Assembly: GCA_030265395.1 (NCBI GenBank)
Contig: JARFYF010000036.1
Location: 15,659,299-15,723,298 of the forward strand
Direction: 5' to 3'
Source: Rhina ancylostomus
Lineage: Eukaryota
Length of the DNA stretch: 64,000 bases
Under the pieces are notes generated by a model. It was not told the DNA's origin. It made no database searches and worked only from the letters and a program-made list of their open reading frames with translations. A program made the translations under genes and the position numbers. Below, one piece after another: positions 11,755 through 25,175 of this stretch; positions within the stretch are counted from its first letter, which is position 1; each line of letters starts with the position of its first letter.

Positions 11755-12600
11755 TGCCTGTCATTAAAACAGAACCTATTGATGAGTGTGAAGGTGCCAT
11801 ATTCTGCAATTCTGTACATCATGGAACCATGTCTCAGTTTTATTATACACAGCAGGTCATGACCCCTGTAATGGTTGCTGACCCCACTTCCTGCCTTGGA
11901 GGAAGCATGAATTCCTGTCGTTCTGGATTCTCTCCACATGATTCTAAGTATCAGCAGCAGAATCCAATAGGAGCAGTCTATCAAAGATCTAAAGGTGGCA
12001 GTCCAAATCATCTTGGCTATCAACCATCTGCTGTAATGGTGCCATCAATTCCTATAATTCAAGATGCTCACAGATCTGTGTTGGTACATGCTGGGTCACC
12101 TGCCCAGTCTTCAATGCTGCACCAGTCTCCTACCAATCAATCTTCTCCGATAATTCATCATTCCCCAAACAATCGCGAATCTTCTTCCATGATCCAAAAT
12201 TCTCCAACCAACCATCAGTCATCCATGATACAACACTCCCCAACCCATCAGCAGTTATCAATGATTCACCATTCACCTACTAGCCAGCTATTGCGATACA
12301 ACAGCCACCAGGATTACCAGCAACGGGTGTATCCAGAGAATGATGCCCAAGTGCCTATTTTGCGATCCACTACACCACAACCAGTACATCATGTGCAAAA
12401 AAATAGTCCAAATCAATATCCAGCTGTGATTCAACAACAGCAGCAACCATCCAATACAATCCAGAAGGTTTCCAAAAACAGGCCCTCACCAAGTCATCTT
12501 GCAACATTGATAATGGATCAACAGGAGAAGGAAACTACAAGTTCTGGAGTCACAGTGAAGCAGGAACCACAGAACCTGGACCAGGCATACCTAGATGATG
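11755..12600 (+). CDS. NFATC2: NFATC2 large C-terminal exon (846 nt), Ser/Pro/Gln-rich transactivation region, VPVIKTEP...VKQEPQNLDQAYLDD
   Basis: Open frame (ORF 11754-12623) with atttatttcag acceptor and ATG|gtaagg donor. NFATC2-type blocks YQQQNP, VYQRSK, DAHRSVLVHAGS, QYPAVIQQQ and LDQAYLDD. Phase 1-1. Confidence 0.96.
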
Positions 12601-15389
12601 GTAAGGACCAATTCTTGTTTTAAAGACATTGGTACAACTAAAGTACAAGTAACCTTTTCAAAATATGGAATAATTCTTACCCCACCCCGAGAGTTATACG
12701 TACTACAAGTACTGTTCTAAAACTATCTTGATGAAGACAAATTCTGTTTGAGTATTTTATGATTGGTGAAGATGACATATCAGTATGACAGGGCTAGGAA
12801 ACTGAGTCCACCTCTGCTGCTTTTGATGTGAAAAAATTAAGTGCAATGTAAAGCACTCCCTACATAACTCTGAAATGTAGCTTATGTCTTAACCACAGAA
12901 TCATGCCTCCTCCAACCTGCTTGGTTACACTTAAATTTCCAGTCCAGTTTTCCTTATATTTGAAACACTCCTAACATGAATGAACAACATGTTTTTTTTA
13001 TTGTGATGTGTGCTCACTGGAATTGAATAAGACTGCCTAAATTAATTTAACTTTGAAATTAGTACCAAGCAGAAAAATTACTTTGTCACAGTTAGATTCA
13101 GAACTTAATTGTGGAGTTGGAAGTGTACAGAGCGAAATATTCCCCTATTTGTCATGCTAATGCGGTTTTCATGGTATAAAATCTGTCAGTTCTACCTTAG
13201 AGCTGTGCTTGCTTTTTAATGATTCGTGTCTTGTATATATTTATTTTGTCCACAAACTAATTTGGGACTTTGCACTAGAGTAATAAGAAGCTTGAAGGTA
13301 AGTAAACAGTCGGTTGGTTTGTTACTTTACCCTGAATTTTCTAATTTGAATGAAATTTACTGGAGATTTATTTTGGACCTCACCATAGTGTAAACTGCCA
13401 GCATGTGTGAAATATTCAGTGGTAGGTGATTATGATCTCAGCTATGCCCTTGCTTGTAGAACCTAATGTAACTTCCTATACATGGCACTGGAGGAACATA
13501 ATCAGTTGTGCTCCCTCAAAGTGTTCTTGTTTGAGTCCCCACAATTGGTATTTGAACAAATTGAGCATACTGGGGCTTGTGTTCTCAACCAGTGTCATGT
13601 CTAGTCCTTTAGGCGTTACATTTTTAACTGATGTTTGTGTTCAGTTTTTGATAATACCTTCTAAAATACATAAACACATACAGTTTTATTAGGTACATGA
13701 AGCTCATATGGAAGGATCTGAAAACATGAAGTAAAGAAGCTGGAAGGTTTTCTTATAACTTCGTTCAAAGGTAGAAGGGAAAAAAAACTGGTTTGAATCC
13801 AAANNNNNNNNNNNNNNNNNNNNNNNNNNNNNNNNNNNNNNNNNNNNNNNNNNNNNNNNNNNNNNNNNNNNNNNNNNNNNNNNNNNNNNNNNNNNNNNNN
13901 NNNNNNNNNNNNTATATTTGCAGATGAATCATTCACAAATTGTTAACTTTGAACCATGTATTCCGTCAAAGTGCCCAAATTTCTTACATATAAATGATCA
14001 TCAGTTAAAGTCCTATCTACTTTCCCTTCCAGTGCATTTGTGTAGCTGTCAGGTGAGGACAGGATTTGGTGTGGTTATGAAACCCTGGATGATTAAATTA
14101 CTTCCAGACAGAGTAGAGTGTAAAATCTTATTTACTTCATTTAACAAAATGTTACTGTAAAGCTGACTTAGAATTACAAGCAGATGAGCCTTTCATTGGA
14201 GTTAGTGTGGTCAGTTGGAGTCAGACACCTTTAACCTCAACAAACATGTCTACCAGGAATAATAGAGAGCCTTTTAATTCCCAGAGTCCTGGAAGCCATT
14301 CAGCAGCCACATTTCCTAAATGCTACGCATTTCTGACAATTGGGATAACTTAACCAAGGAATCATTTGATGATCCAGGTTGGTAACAGGCAATAAAATAC
14401 ATACTGGATTCAATTTGCTCTTGAATGGATTCATCCCAAGTACTCTTGGCTGAACTTCCCCACTCTCAGCAATCGTCAGCCTATTCAGACCCTTGCCTCC
14501 ATTTAGTAGATTCTTCATACAGCTACGAATAAGATAATAACCTAACTGGAGTGATACACTAGTACTGTACATTTATTACTCTTTTCTATTAGTTATGCTT
14601 GCTCTGGCTGAAATAGTTCAGTAGGTGTCCTAGTTTCTCTCATACCAAGCTAGACCATTTAAAATGCTGGTTGAGTGCTGGCGACAGGAGGTTCCTTGTG
14701 CACAAAATTTGCACATTTGCAGTCATTGCAAAGTTAAAAGGGATTTTTATTTCTTTTTCATTTTTGTTGTGAATTGTTGAACACCCCTTATCTGCTGAAG
14801 GCAGAACTTTTGAGGACTCTGCTTCCTCAAGTTCCAGCTACCATTGTTATGATAACCATTGTTTGACTCATTGTCAAGAAGTGATTTGATCAATGGAAGT
14901 ACCAAGCAACCCTCATTGGGTTCTCTTCTGCTCCTCTCATGTGTGTATTGTTTGCAGAAAGAGGAGACTGTAATCGGGAGAATGAACCTTCCTTGGTTTA
15001 GTTGTCCTTCCTTTCCAGCTGTATCATGAGAATTGTTCATGGTGAAACCAGGATACTTACGTTATACTTAGACTGAGTTATGTCCTTTTATACCCAATAT
15101 AACTTACCCAATCAAGGGATAACAAAAGAGCTCTCAGATGCAACTTTAACACTTCCATATTGTGTGAACAACTGCAATCAAACCCCAGAACTGTGGACTG
15201 GATCTATGATAGTAAATGTGACCAAGAGTAATAGAGGTACAAACACTAATCCTGGAGGACATCACTGCCTCTGATATAAATGCAAGAGGTTGGACTTGTG
15301 AAAACAACACTGGAATCATTGAATCTAGTGCTGACAAAAGCATGGATTAGAAGTTCATTGACGGATGGGCNNNNNNNNNNGTAGTAATG

Positions 15390-15830
15390 ATCATGATCTG
15401 GGTTTGAAAGTCCGCTTAGATAAAGACACTGAGGTTACAGGCAGCATAATTCTGCTAGAAACGGTGTCTTGGAAGTGAGGTGGCAGTAGTGCTGAGGTAG
15501 GGGGACAAAATAAAATGGCTTCAATATTACTTTGGTTCAGTTGGAGGAAGTTACAGCTCAGCCAAGACCTGATGCCATTTAAGCTGATAAAAGAAGCAGA
15601 GAAAGGGTCAAGAGAGAAGCAGTTGGATTTCATCAGCACACTTATGAAAGCTGACTCCATGTAATGATACTTATGTGCAAGAAGTCGATATGGAAAAGGA
15701 GCTGGGCAAGGATTGACCCTTGGGAAACTCCAAGTATAACAGTACAGGGGCTGGAAGACACTTCGATGTTAAAGATACTTCAGGTACAATTACATAGTTA
15801 GAAGTGGAACCAACTAGGAGCTAACTGTTC
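15390..15830 (-). mobile_element. L2-clade LINE RT fragment, degenerate
   Basis: Reverse complement encodes GVSQGSILAQLLF and HGVSFHKCADEIQL, variants of GVPQGS.LGPLLF and YADDTQL. Confidence 0.7.
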
Positions 15831-16019
15831 AATGGAGGGGAATTAATGAGGTCAAATTTCTAGGGGATCCTATCAAAGGAATATGTGAAATCGACATAAA
15901 AAATATTTTTAGGACATATGTTGGGCTTCTTTTGTAATACAAGGTTGTAGCTAAAGCTATTAACTTCTGAAGAACTATCAAACAGCTCAAGTGGAAAGCA
16001 AATTTTAGGTTAAAATAAA

Positions 16020-16170
16020 AATGAAAAATGATGAAATTCTCAGTAGGTCAAGCAGCATCTAAGGAAAGAGAAGCAGAGCTAATATTTCAGATTGATGAAT
16101 TTTTATCAGAATTGCTAAATACTTCCAGCATTTTTTTTATTTCAGAATTCCACTTTTGTAGTTTTCTTGT
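16020..16170. mobile_element. Old Penelope-derived palindromic repeat remnant
   Basis: ctcagtaggtcaagcagcatct...ttccagcatttt resembles the 10109 and 36280 copies. Confidence 0.5.
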
Positions 16171-16326
16171 TTTTAAATTTCTCTTTTTACATTAATAATT
16201 TAAAAAAACACAAAGCAACCTGAAGTGCATGCCAGTGATCCAACTGGAAAATAGGAGCAAGTGAAAAGAGACAGTTTAATAAAAATAATTTTCGAGTCAG
16301 CAACAGATATCCATTATCTATTGTTA

Positions 16327-16849
16327 TTATAAGAAGGATGTGGAGGCTTTGGGGCAGGTGCAGAAGATATTTACCAGGATGCTGCCTGGATTAGAGGGCG
16401 TGTGGTATAAGGAGGGGTTGGACAAAGTTGGGTTGTTTTCTTTGGAGAGGCTGAGGTGAGACCTGATAGAAGTTTGTAAGATTATGAGAGGCATAGATAA
16501 AGTCGAGAGCAGTATCTTTTTCCCAGTGTTGAAATGTCTAATACTAGAGGACATTCATTTAAGTGAGAGGGGTTAAGTTCATAGGAGGTGTGCAGGGCAA
16601 GCTTTTTACACAGAAAGTTGTGGGTGCCTGGAATGCGTTGCCAGTGGTGGTGAAGGAGGCAGCTACAATAGAGGGGGGATTTAAGAGGCTTCTAGAGATA
16701 GGCACGTGAGTGTGCAAACAATGGAGTGTTATTGACTTTGTGTAGACAGAAGGGATTAGTTTAGTTAAGTGTTTAATTACTAGTTTCATTAGTTCAGAAC
16801 AGCATCATGGGCTGAAGGGCCTGTTCCTGTGCTGTAGTGTTCTATGTTC
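16327..16849 (+). mobile_element. CR1/HER1-like LINE, 5'-truncated 3' end
   Basis: Encodes YKKDVEALGQVQKIFTRMLPGL (CR1 ORF2 C-terminus) and ends in gggctgaagggcctgttcctgtgctgtagtgttctatgttc. Confidence 0.9.
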
Positions 16850-16860
16850 CCCTTTACACA

Positions 16861-17260
16861 TACAGGTGACCCCCTCCTCCCTGCCCCATGTTACAACAGT
16901 TCGGGCAATGGAAATTTGCCATTACAGAATTCACAAATCACTACAAAAAAGTCTTGCATATGGAATAAAAATTTGCTGTTATGAAATTTAAGTGAAAAAA
17001 AGTAAATAAATGAACACTTTTTTTCAACTTGCGTTTCTTGATGCATGTGGAGGTGATGTAGCCTTGTGTTGTGGAAGATTGCAATACGGATGTTTTCTGG
17101 TAAGCCCCCTCCCCCAAATAACTCAAATAACCGACTCGGGTCGCCTGAACAGCAGACATCTAGCATTATTATCTGCTTGTGTTAACTATAATGCTATGAT
17201 TGTGGAGCAGAAATATAGCAGATTCAAACATGCATGGTGCTCATGTGTTTTGTAGTCAGT
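16861..17260. mobile_element. Possible Tigger/pogo-like non-autonomous DNA transposon remnant
   Basis: Begins TA-CAGGTGACCCCC...ttac, like Tigger terminal repeats. A matching right terminal repeat was not found. Confidence 0.25.
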
Positions 17261-18134
17261 CATAACACAAACCTCATGTGAACAGTAAAGCCTGTTCCTT
17301 ATGTGGCAGATCATAATGCCACAGTCAAATCTCATAACAGTATTCTGTTAATATATAGCATCTATTATAATAAACCACTCCTTATTAATGATCGAAGCTC
17401 TGTTTGTAGAGAGCAGAAAAACTTAAACCTCAATAAAACTTTTCCCTTGAGAAAGATAGGTTATTACTTCACAAGAGGTCTCAATGTTGAGAGTTGACAG
17501 TATGGTCATATGATAGGTGATTGTTTATACCCATGGATAGTAACTTGGCAACATGAGTGATCACATGTTACCCAGAAGATTATTGTTACAACTTGCCTAC
17601 TTATTATAAATTTTATTGAATTTTATGGGATGCATAAAGTTGCAGTGCACATATTTGTACAAAATCAGTGGATAGGGGAGATCATGTGATGTAGCCATGT
17701 CTTTAATGGAACTTGCTTTGATGGTATATGGATCTTAGTAAAATTACCCATATTGGTGAGTATTGTGGGCTCATTACTGTTGATTTCTGTTTTTAACTGT
17801 TTTGCTGCTTTTGACAGATTAGAATCCAGGGAAAAGCATAGAAAGCTATGTTTCCAATTATCCTCACAACAACTTAGATTAGGAAAAATAAATCATTCTT
17901 CTCTTCCTCTTGCAAACAATTGGCTTTCTCACTGCTCTTTTAACTCTTATCTTTCAATTGGGACACCCGGCTGTTAAGTCAAAGCCCACTGTAGAGGATA
18001 ATAAAGTGCATGCAAAAACAGAGCAATGGAGAAAAAAGTCATCAGGAGAAAGGCTGAGCAAGCAAAATTCCTCTTTTATTGCATTGGTTTCCAAGACATT
18101 TTTTGACATATAAGGTTTCATTCCATGTCGTTGG

Positions 18135-19266
18135 CTGGTCCAGCTTCCTCTGCAACTGGATCCTTGACTTTCTGACCAACAGACCGCAATCAGTGAAGAT
18201 AGGCAGCAATACCTCCAGCACGATTATTCTCAACACTGGTGCCCCACAAGGCTGCGACCTCAGCCCTCTATTCTACTCCCTATGTACTTATGACTGTGTG
18301 GCCAGATTCTTCTCTAACTCCATCTACAAGTTTGCAGATGATACCACCGTAGTAGGCTGTATCTCAAATAATAGTGAGTCAGAGTACAGGAAGGAAATAG
18401 AGAACTTAGTGGAATGGTGTCATGACAACTTTTCCCTCATTGTCAGCAAAACAAAAGAGCTGGTCATTGAATGAAGGAAAGGGGGCAGTGTACATGCACC
18501 TGTTTACATCACTAGTGCTGAGGTCAAGAGGGTAAGAGCTTCAAGTTCCTNNNNNNNNNNNNNNNNNNNNNNNNNNNNNNNNNNNNNNNNNNNNNNNNNN
18601 NNNNNNNNNNNNNNNNNNNNNNNNNNNNNNNNNNNNNNNNNNNNNNNNNNNNNNNNNNNNNNNNNNNNNNNNNNNNNNNNNNNNNNNNNNNNNNNNNNNN
18701 NNNNNNNNNNNNNNNNNNNNNNNNNNNNNNNNNNNNNNNNNNNNNNNNNNNNNNNNNNNNNNNNNNNNNNNNNNNNNNNNNNNNNNNNNNNNNNNNNNNN
18801 NNNNNNNNNNNNNNNNNNNNNNNNNNNNNNNNNNNNNNNNNNNNNNNNNNNNNNNNNNNNNNNNNNNNNNNNNNNNNNNNNNNNNNNNNNNNNNNNNNNN
18901 NNNNNNNNNNNNNNNNNNNNNNNNNNNNNNNNNNNNNNNNNNNNNNNNNNNNNNNNNNNNNNNNNNNNNNNNNNNNNNNNNNNNNNNNNNNNNNNNNNNN
19001 NNNNNNNNNNNNNNNNNNNNNNNNNNNNNNNNNNNNNNNNNNNNNNNNNNNNNNNNNNNNNNNNNNNNNNNNNNNNNNNNNNNNNNNNNNNNNNNNNNNN
19101 NNNNNNNNNNNNNNNNNNNNNNNNNNNNNNNNNNNNNNNNNNNNNNNNNNNNNNNNNNNNNNNNNNNNNNNNNNNNNNNNNNNNNNNNNNNNNNNNNNNN
19201 NNNNNNNNNNNAAGTTTTTCACTGTACCTCGGTACAAGTGACAATAATAGACCAATACCAATACCA
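18135..19266 (+). mobile_element. Rex1/Babar-clade LINE, 5'-truncated, spanning an assembly gap
   Basis: [19 protein letters not shown]...[16 protein letters not shown]...[10 protein letters not shown]. After the gap comes the 3' tail tttcactgtacctcggtacaagtgacaataa and (ccaata) repeats. Confidence 0.9.
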
Positions 19267-20349
19267 GCTCCATTTGTACCACCAAGACGTAATAGAGGGT
19301 GGCTTTTGGTGATGAGTTATCACTCATGAAATAACTCCTACATAACCCACACATGGGCAACATGCAATGAAAACCAAGTTGCCCAACCAAGTGTTTTAGA
19401 GCAGACCACTAGCATACTGAAGCATTGCTTCTCAACCACACCCTACAAAGCAGGTGTCAAGACTTTTGGTGGTTTGTTGCATGCTGGCTCTAATTTACCA
19501 AATCATTGGCAACTGAGGAGCAGATGCTGGAGGATGATGTTGAAGAGAGGAGGTAAAGGAGAAGAATGGCATGGAAATAAAGGAATGCAGTAGGAACTAT
19601 AGATCATACTTTTCTTTCTGGGTGGCCCTTGAAGAAGTCATCCACGAATTCACCCAAATGCAAATCCTGTAACCACAATCCAAATCCTCTATTCACCACA
19701 TCTCAGACTGTCATTGACCTTCACAGCCTCTGCTTGGCCAAAGTGCAAAAATGAAAGCCTACAAAATAAATATTATAAACCAAGTTTATAATTTATGTTA
19801 TATATGACAGAAGACAACTATTTATATGTTTTGGATTCACTTAATGCCTGTCTTCCATGTGCTTTTGCCATTGCCATGCTGCTGATGAAGGGCCACTGAT
19901 TTTCTGGAGAAGGTTGTCGATCCCTTTGGAGCAGCTCTGAGGTTAGAAGTCCTGGAATCTTGACATGAGTGGTCATAGTCCAGGCCTACTGACGGGTAGG
20001 TAGACAAATCCAGCCATCCCAACTGAGAGAACAAAAGGTTTGTAATCCATGGAAGGCTTGCCATTCCACCAGGACAGTAGCCCAGGTTTGCATGGAAATA
20101 GTCTGAACGGTGAGTAGCTCCTTAAAGCTATGACATTGGCCATCAGACATGAATTATGTGTAGGTTCACAAGTTCAGCCACCACTTCCAGGCTGAGAAAG
20201 ATGGGTCCCAAGCTGCAAATCTAAATATAAATCCCTTTCTTAAGCAACGTTGGGCACCTCCTTTGAATAAACACGTTCTGGTGCGCCTCAATATGCACCA
20301 GATTTTTCACTCTACATGCCCTTTGGCTACCATTGCAGGCTGCCCCATC

Positions 20350-20495
20350 CAAAGATTGTAGATGTTTGAGGAGTTAAGGTCTGGAGGAAAATGGAGCTGA
20401 AGCCAAGATCAAATCAGCCATGATCTGACTGATTGGTAGTAAAGGCTTGAGGGGGCCACATGGTTGACTCCTGTTTCTATTTCTTTATTTCTTCT
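20350..20495 (+). mobile_element. CR1 3' UTR fragment
   Basis: gatcaaatcagccatgatct...ggcttgagggggccacatggttgactcctgtttctatttc. Confidence 0.6.
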
Positions 20496-23400
20496 GTCTA
20501 TACTTTGATGGAGACATGGAAAATACTGAGTTTGTACAATTGAAGCTTTCTGCCAAGACTGAACACCAGCACAATATTTGGATAAAATTCATAGATGACA
20601 ACAACTTACCTCAAATAATTTGTATCTTCCCTTCTAATAATTTACTTTCTAGAGTTGTATTTCTTGCAAGTACACAGTATAACATTGCAAATCACACTTC
20701 TTCATTGTTTGGACTGTAAGAAGAATGAATAAGTTAGATTGATAGCAGATACTCATTGAGCAACTAAGCGGCAACAGTGGAATCCTGTTCCTTGAAATAC
20801 TTCACAGGATGTTAGCCCAAATACATGGAATGGAAGCAAAAATTGACACCTGATCCTTGGTGATAGCAGGAGAAGAGTCAGGTATCCATGTTTCTGTCAG
20901 CCCATTTATTTCTTGGCTCAGTGATATAAAATATGTTCAACCTCTGGCAACATAGTGTTGGGGATTCTTTAAAACTTGGTCCCAAGGTGGTTCAAACAGT
21001 GATGTCTGATATTTTGGGATGTCAGCTCCAGCTCATCCTAACTGAATGAAAATCTTTTCTTACCACAGCTTGGCCATCATATGAAATTAATTTGGGGAAT
21101 CTCAATCTAGCACCTCGTAAATTTGGCCCTTAGCAAAACATTATCCCAAAATAGACACAAATAATAGGAACTGAACATTGTATTGAATAAAACCAGGCTA
21201 ACTAATGGGACCTGATGACTTGTTTAGGGTTCAGATTGGGCTTCATGTCAAAAATATATAAATCCTTAGCCTCAGATCAGATTGCATTGGGCCAGCTGTT
21301 TACCAATAAATGCACTAAGGCTCAGTACTTTATTTTCAAACCTAGTTCCCCACTGGAGCCTTACTGTTTCTTGAAATATATCTCAAATGTTTAAGACAAA
21401 GAGCTAGGCATAGTAATAAAACAAGCTCACAGACAATCAGGTTTTTAAGAAGTATTGTTTAAATCATTGATATTGTAATGTGTAGAATGAAGCAATTAAT
21501 CTCAGCTGTAGGTTCTTAATCTACACCTTCCTAGGTACATAGAATCACTTGTAGACACTCAATAAATAAAATTTACGAATGAACTAATGACTTGAGAGAA
21601 AAATGAAGAAAAGAGAATTGAGGCAAGAAGTTGTTAACTAAAGATTCAAAAGTAGCTTTTTTTTCATTCTAAAAATATTCAGAGGTGAACCCAATATAAC
21701 TTGCCCCTTTTGGCAACTCATTAACCAGTCACTGGAATCAAAAAGCATTGTGTTGCCTGAATTCTATACAACATTTCAATAAAGCTAAATGGGACGTCAA
21801 CTGCAGTTTATTTGTCAGAGTTTAATTGCCAAAATGTGCAGGCACATCTGAGAGTTTGAAACTGCTGTAGAACTGGAAAATTATTGCAAAAACATATTAA
21901 CTATGAATTGATCAAAACCAGGCATCACCGTTTCAAGTTGCAATATTGTACGCTAGCAACAAACTTCAGCAATTGTTTCATTTATAAGAGCCTTGAATTT
22001 ACAACATGATGCAGGTCCTGATACACATATCACATTAAAACANNNNNNNNNNNNNNNNNNNNNNNNNNNNNNNNNNNNNNNNNNNNNNNNNNNNNNNNNN
22101 NNNNNNNNNNNNNNNNNNNNNNNNNNNNNNNNNNNNNNNNNNNNNNNNNNNNNNNNNNNNNNNNNNNNNNNNNNNNNNNNNNNNNNNNNNNNNNNNNNNN
22201 NNNNNNNNNNNNNNNNNNNNNNNNNNNNNNNNNNNNNNNNNNNNNNNNNNNNNNNNNNNNNNNNNNNNNNNNNNNATATACTCGACATTTAACAACTAAT
22301 TGAGAGTTAAAATGTCACACATTGTATTTCTGTCAAAATAATTAGTCTTCCAGTTTCATTCTGCAGTTTTAACATGGTAAGTAAATGTAATTCAGTCAAA
22401 TTATAGCATTGCAATCTTCATTCATTTGGGTGTGAAGTTGAACCTTACCACCTATGTCTTTGTTGGGCTAGCTTTTCCAAGAGATAAAAAGATAAGTTAT
22501 TTCCTTTTGCAAACGAAAGACACTGGACTAAGTTTTATAAAATTGGGTTAGTACTTTTGAATGTATGGGCTTTAAACTCACTATCACCAACATTAGCTCA
22601 GTCCAATGCACTGGTCCCTAGAGAGTTAGACCTTTGCCTTCTCCCCTGTACCTTTATGCTCTCCTGGATTTTCTCCTTTGCTAGATTCCACCTCAAAAGT
22701 TTCAGACATTATCGTCTGGGAAAATAAATCTTGCTAAATGACATAATGTACGCACTGATTTAATGAAACAAATGTTGTTCAACATTTTTACATGACTACA
22801 GCTAAATGAATGCAGCAGCTTTCAATATAGTTGTAACATTTCTCCTCCATGTAGTTCATCCATTGAAGTGACTTGATCTTGCTTACAACACACTCCTTTT
22901 AATGGTACAGAATTTGGAGGGCTTCCAGATCCTATTCTGAGGTTACTATGCTTTACATAAACTATTCTGCTGCAGACTGAGGATCGAAAAACATGTAACC
23001 TGAGACATAGGGTGCAGTTTTAACCCAGAGGTAGAAGGAGAGAGTGGGTGGTGCTGGTGCTATTAACATGAATGTAAAATGCAGTCTCTGGCCTAAATTT
23101 CAGTCCTTGGTAGTTCAGCATCTGGATCTTATTTAAGTATAGTGTGAAGAAGGTGCAGAGCAGCTGCCTGTTTGGAAGCAAGTAGCAGGAAGAGAATTGG
23201 TGGATCTCAGAAGAGGGAAAGGAAAAGCTCAGGATACATCCCAAAGTGGAAATGAATGAGCCAAATTCATAAAGGCTTAGCTGAATCCATGTGGCATGAT
23301 TTACCATGCTTTTGGGCAGCCTTCAGACTCACCTCATTCCCACAGGTCTCAAGGGCTGAATGTCTTTTCGGCCTGTTAGCTTATGATGGCCTGGAATTGT

Positions 23401-23498
23401 CCTCAATAGTCTCTGCCAGATGTAGGAAAAACAAGCAGAAATCTTACAATAGAGCCTCCACTGTCCTCCCCCTGCCCCATAACCCCTTAAACCCCGGG

Positions 23499-23625
23499 TG
23501 CATGCATGCACACACACACACAACATACAGACGCGCACACACAGACATGCATACACATACATGCACATAGATAGATGCGCGCACATACAGACATACGTGC
23601 ACACACACATGCGTGCACACGTGTA

Positions 23626-23657
<32 letters not shown>
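23499..23657. repeat. Compound (CA)n/(CATA/CGCA) microsatellite with alternating purines and pyrimidines
   Basis: Directly visible ~160-bp imperfect RY repeat ending in a pure (CA) run. Confidence 0.95.
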
Positions 23658-24819
23658 AGCTCCACTTCACCACTTCACTTGGGATTTACAGGACAGTGTT
23701 GAACCCAGCAGATCCACAATTCTGCCCCAGTTACTGACATTTCTCAGCCAATCCACATAATGTGTATCCTTCCTCATCCCAGGAATTGCAATCTCAATGA
23801 CTTCAGAATAAAAGGATACCCAGAAAGAAAACTGGAAGAAAAATTACAGCAATCCTTCCACTTAGTATTACATAAGCAGAAGTTTAATATTGTGTTGAGT
23901 ATATAATTTAGAAAGTCATTGAAGTATAGATCTTTGCCTAGGAATTAGAGTTTACCATTTTTTGGTGTATTAACCAGGTGCTGAGGATAGCACTAAGGCC
24001 TGCTCCATTCCCCTTTAAAAAAAAATTAATGAATTTGAACATTAAATGCAGTTGCAGGGGTTTCACACATCATTCCTTGTGCTAAAATGGGACCTCAGTT
24101 GTTCCCTTCAGGACTGGGTTTGCAGCTGCCATGTGATTGTCATACAGAACCCTCTCCACGTCAGCAGAATACAGCAGCAGAGTAGGCTGCCCTGGTGAGA
24201 CCGTAAAACACAGGGGCAGGGACACAGTGTTGATCAACCTGACAAACCACGCAGCATCTTGTACTGAGATCCGAACTCAGAAATGCTGCGATCATTGAGG
24301 GAACTCACAGTGATGCTAGTGGATATGACATGAAAATAGAAAGATGAGTCTGCCGGAAACTGTGAGTGAAGCATCAATGCCACATCAGGGACCCTTTAAT
24401 TTACATCATTTTGTTGATCTGCTGTGAGCTCTGCAGCTTGTTGTTTACACAAGATGGTAGATTATACCTTTGTGCACCAGTTTAGTTTGGTTATCCTGAA
24501 AGAATGTACATGATGATGTCATCTGTTGCATGACTAATACTGAACAAAGATCAGTCACGCTCAGGGGAATCACACCCAGAAGTGCCCAGGCCAATTTCTC
24601 ACTGGTAGCTAATCAAAATGGAAATGATTTCTATTGCAATCTAACATGTGCAAAACAATTTTTATGCCCATAAAAACTAGATGTGTCCAATTTCTAACCA
24701 TTAGAGGTTTATTCCTTTTTAGCGGTAATAGCTTTGGGGGTTCTGCCTCAGTTAATTTCATTTGTGTTTCTGATAAGAGACAAAATGTAGAATGATAATC
24801 ACCATGTTGGTCCCCATAG

Positions 24820-25175
24820 ATTTAGTTTCATTTGTTCACAGGTTGTGGATTTCCTTGCAAGCCCACATTTATTAACCATCCCTAAGTGGTCCTTCCTGAC
24901 CATGTGTGGAGGACAGCTGAGATTCAGCCTCTCATCACTGTANNNNNNNNNNNNNNNNNAGGCTAGAATGGGTAAGGGCAATGAATTTCCATCTCTGAAG
25001 GAAGTTAATGATCCAGGGGGGATTTAACAGCAAACTGGCAGTTTAACAGTCATCATTACTGATTATCTGTTCCAAATTTTCTTAACAATTCAAACTAAAA
25101 TCCATCATTTGGAATTTGAACTCTCTAGATCAGTTATCTAGGATAATAGTTCAGTATCTTTGCCACCATGCCATT
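24820..25175 (-). mobile_element. Old tRNA-derived SINE (same family as 56395-56790)
   Basis: Reverse complement has the tail tagggatggttaataaatgtgggcttgc and a body similar to the plus-strand copy. Confidence 0.6.

Noticed and set aside
12601-12623. Read-through end DDGKDQFLF* of the large exon
   Set aside because: The donor is strong, no nearby AATAAA was seen, and the conserved terminal exon is present.
18504-19390. Long ORFs of 246-288 aa
   Set aside because: They consist mostly of N gap. The same applies to the other X-filled ORFs.
20735-20760. LIADTH, resembling the NFAT1-B tail ELIDTH
   Set aside because: Wrong phase relative to the nearest AG, no pyrimidine tract and an immediate stop.
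23329-23760. HT-rich and CV-rich ORFs
   Set aside because: Translation artefacts of the CA microsatellite.
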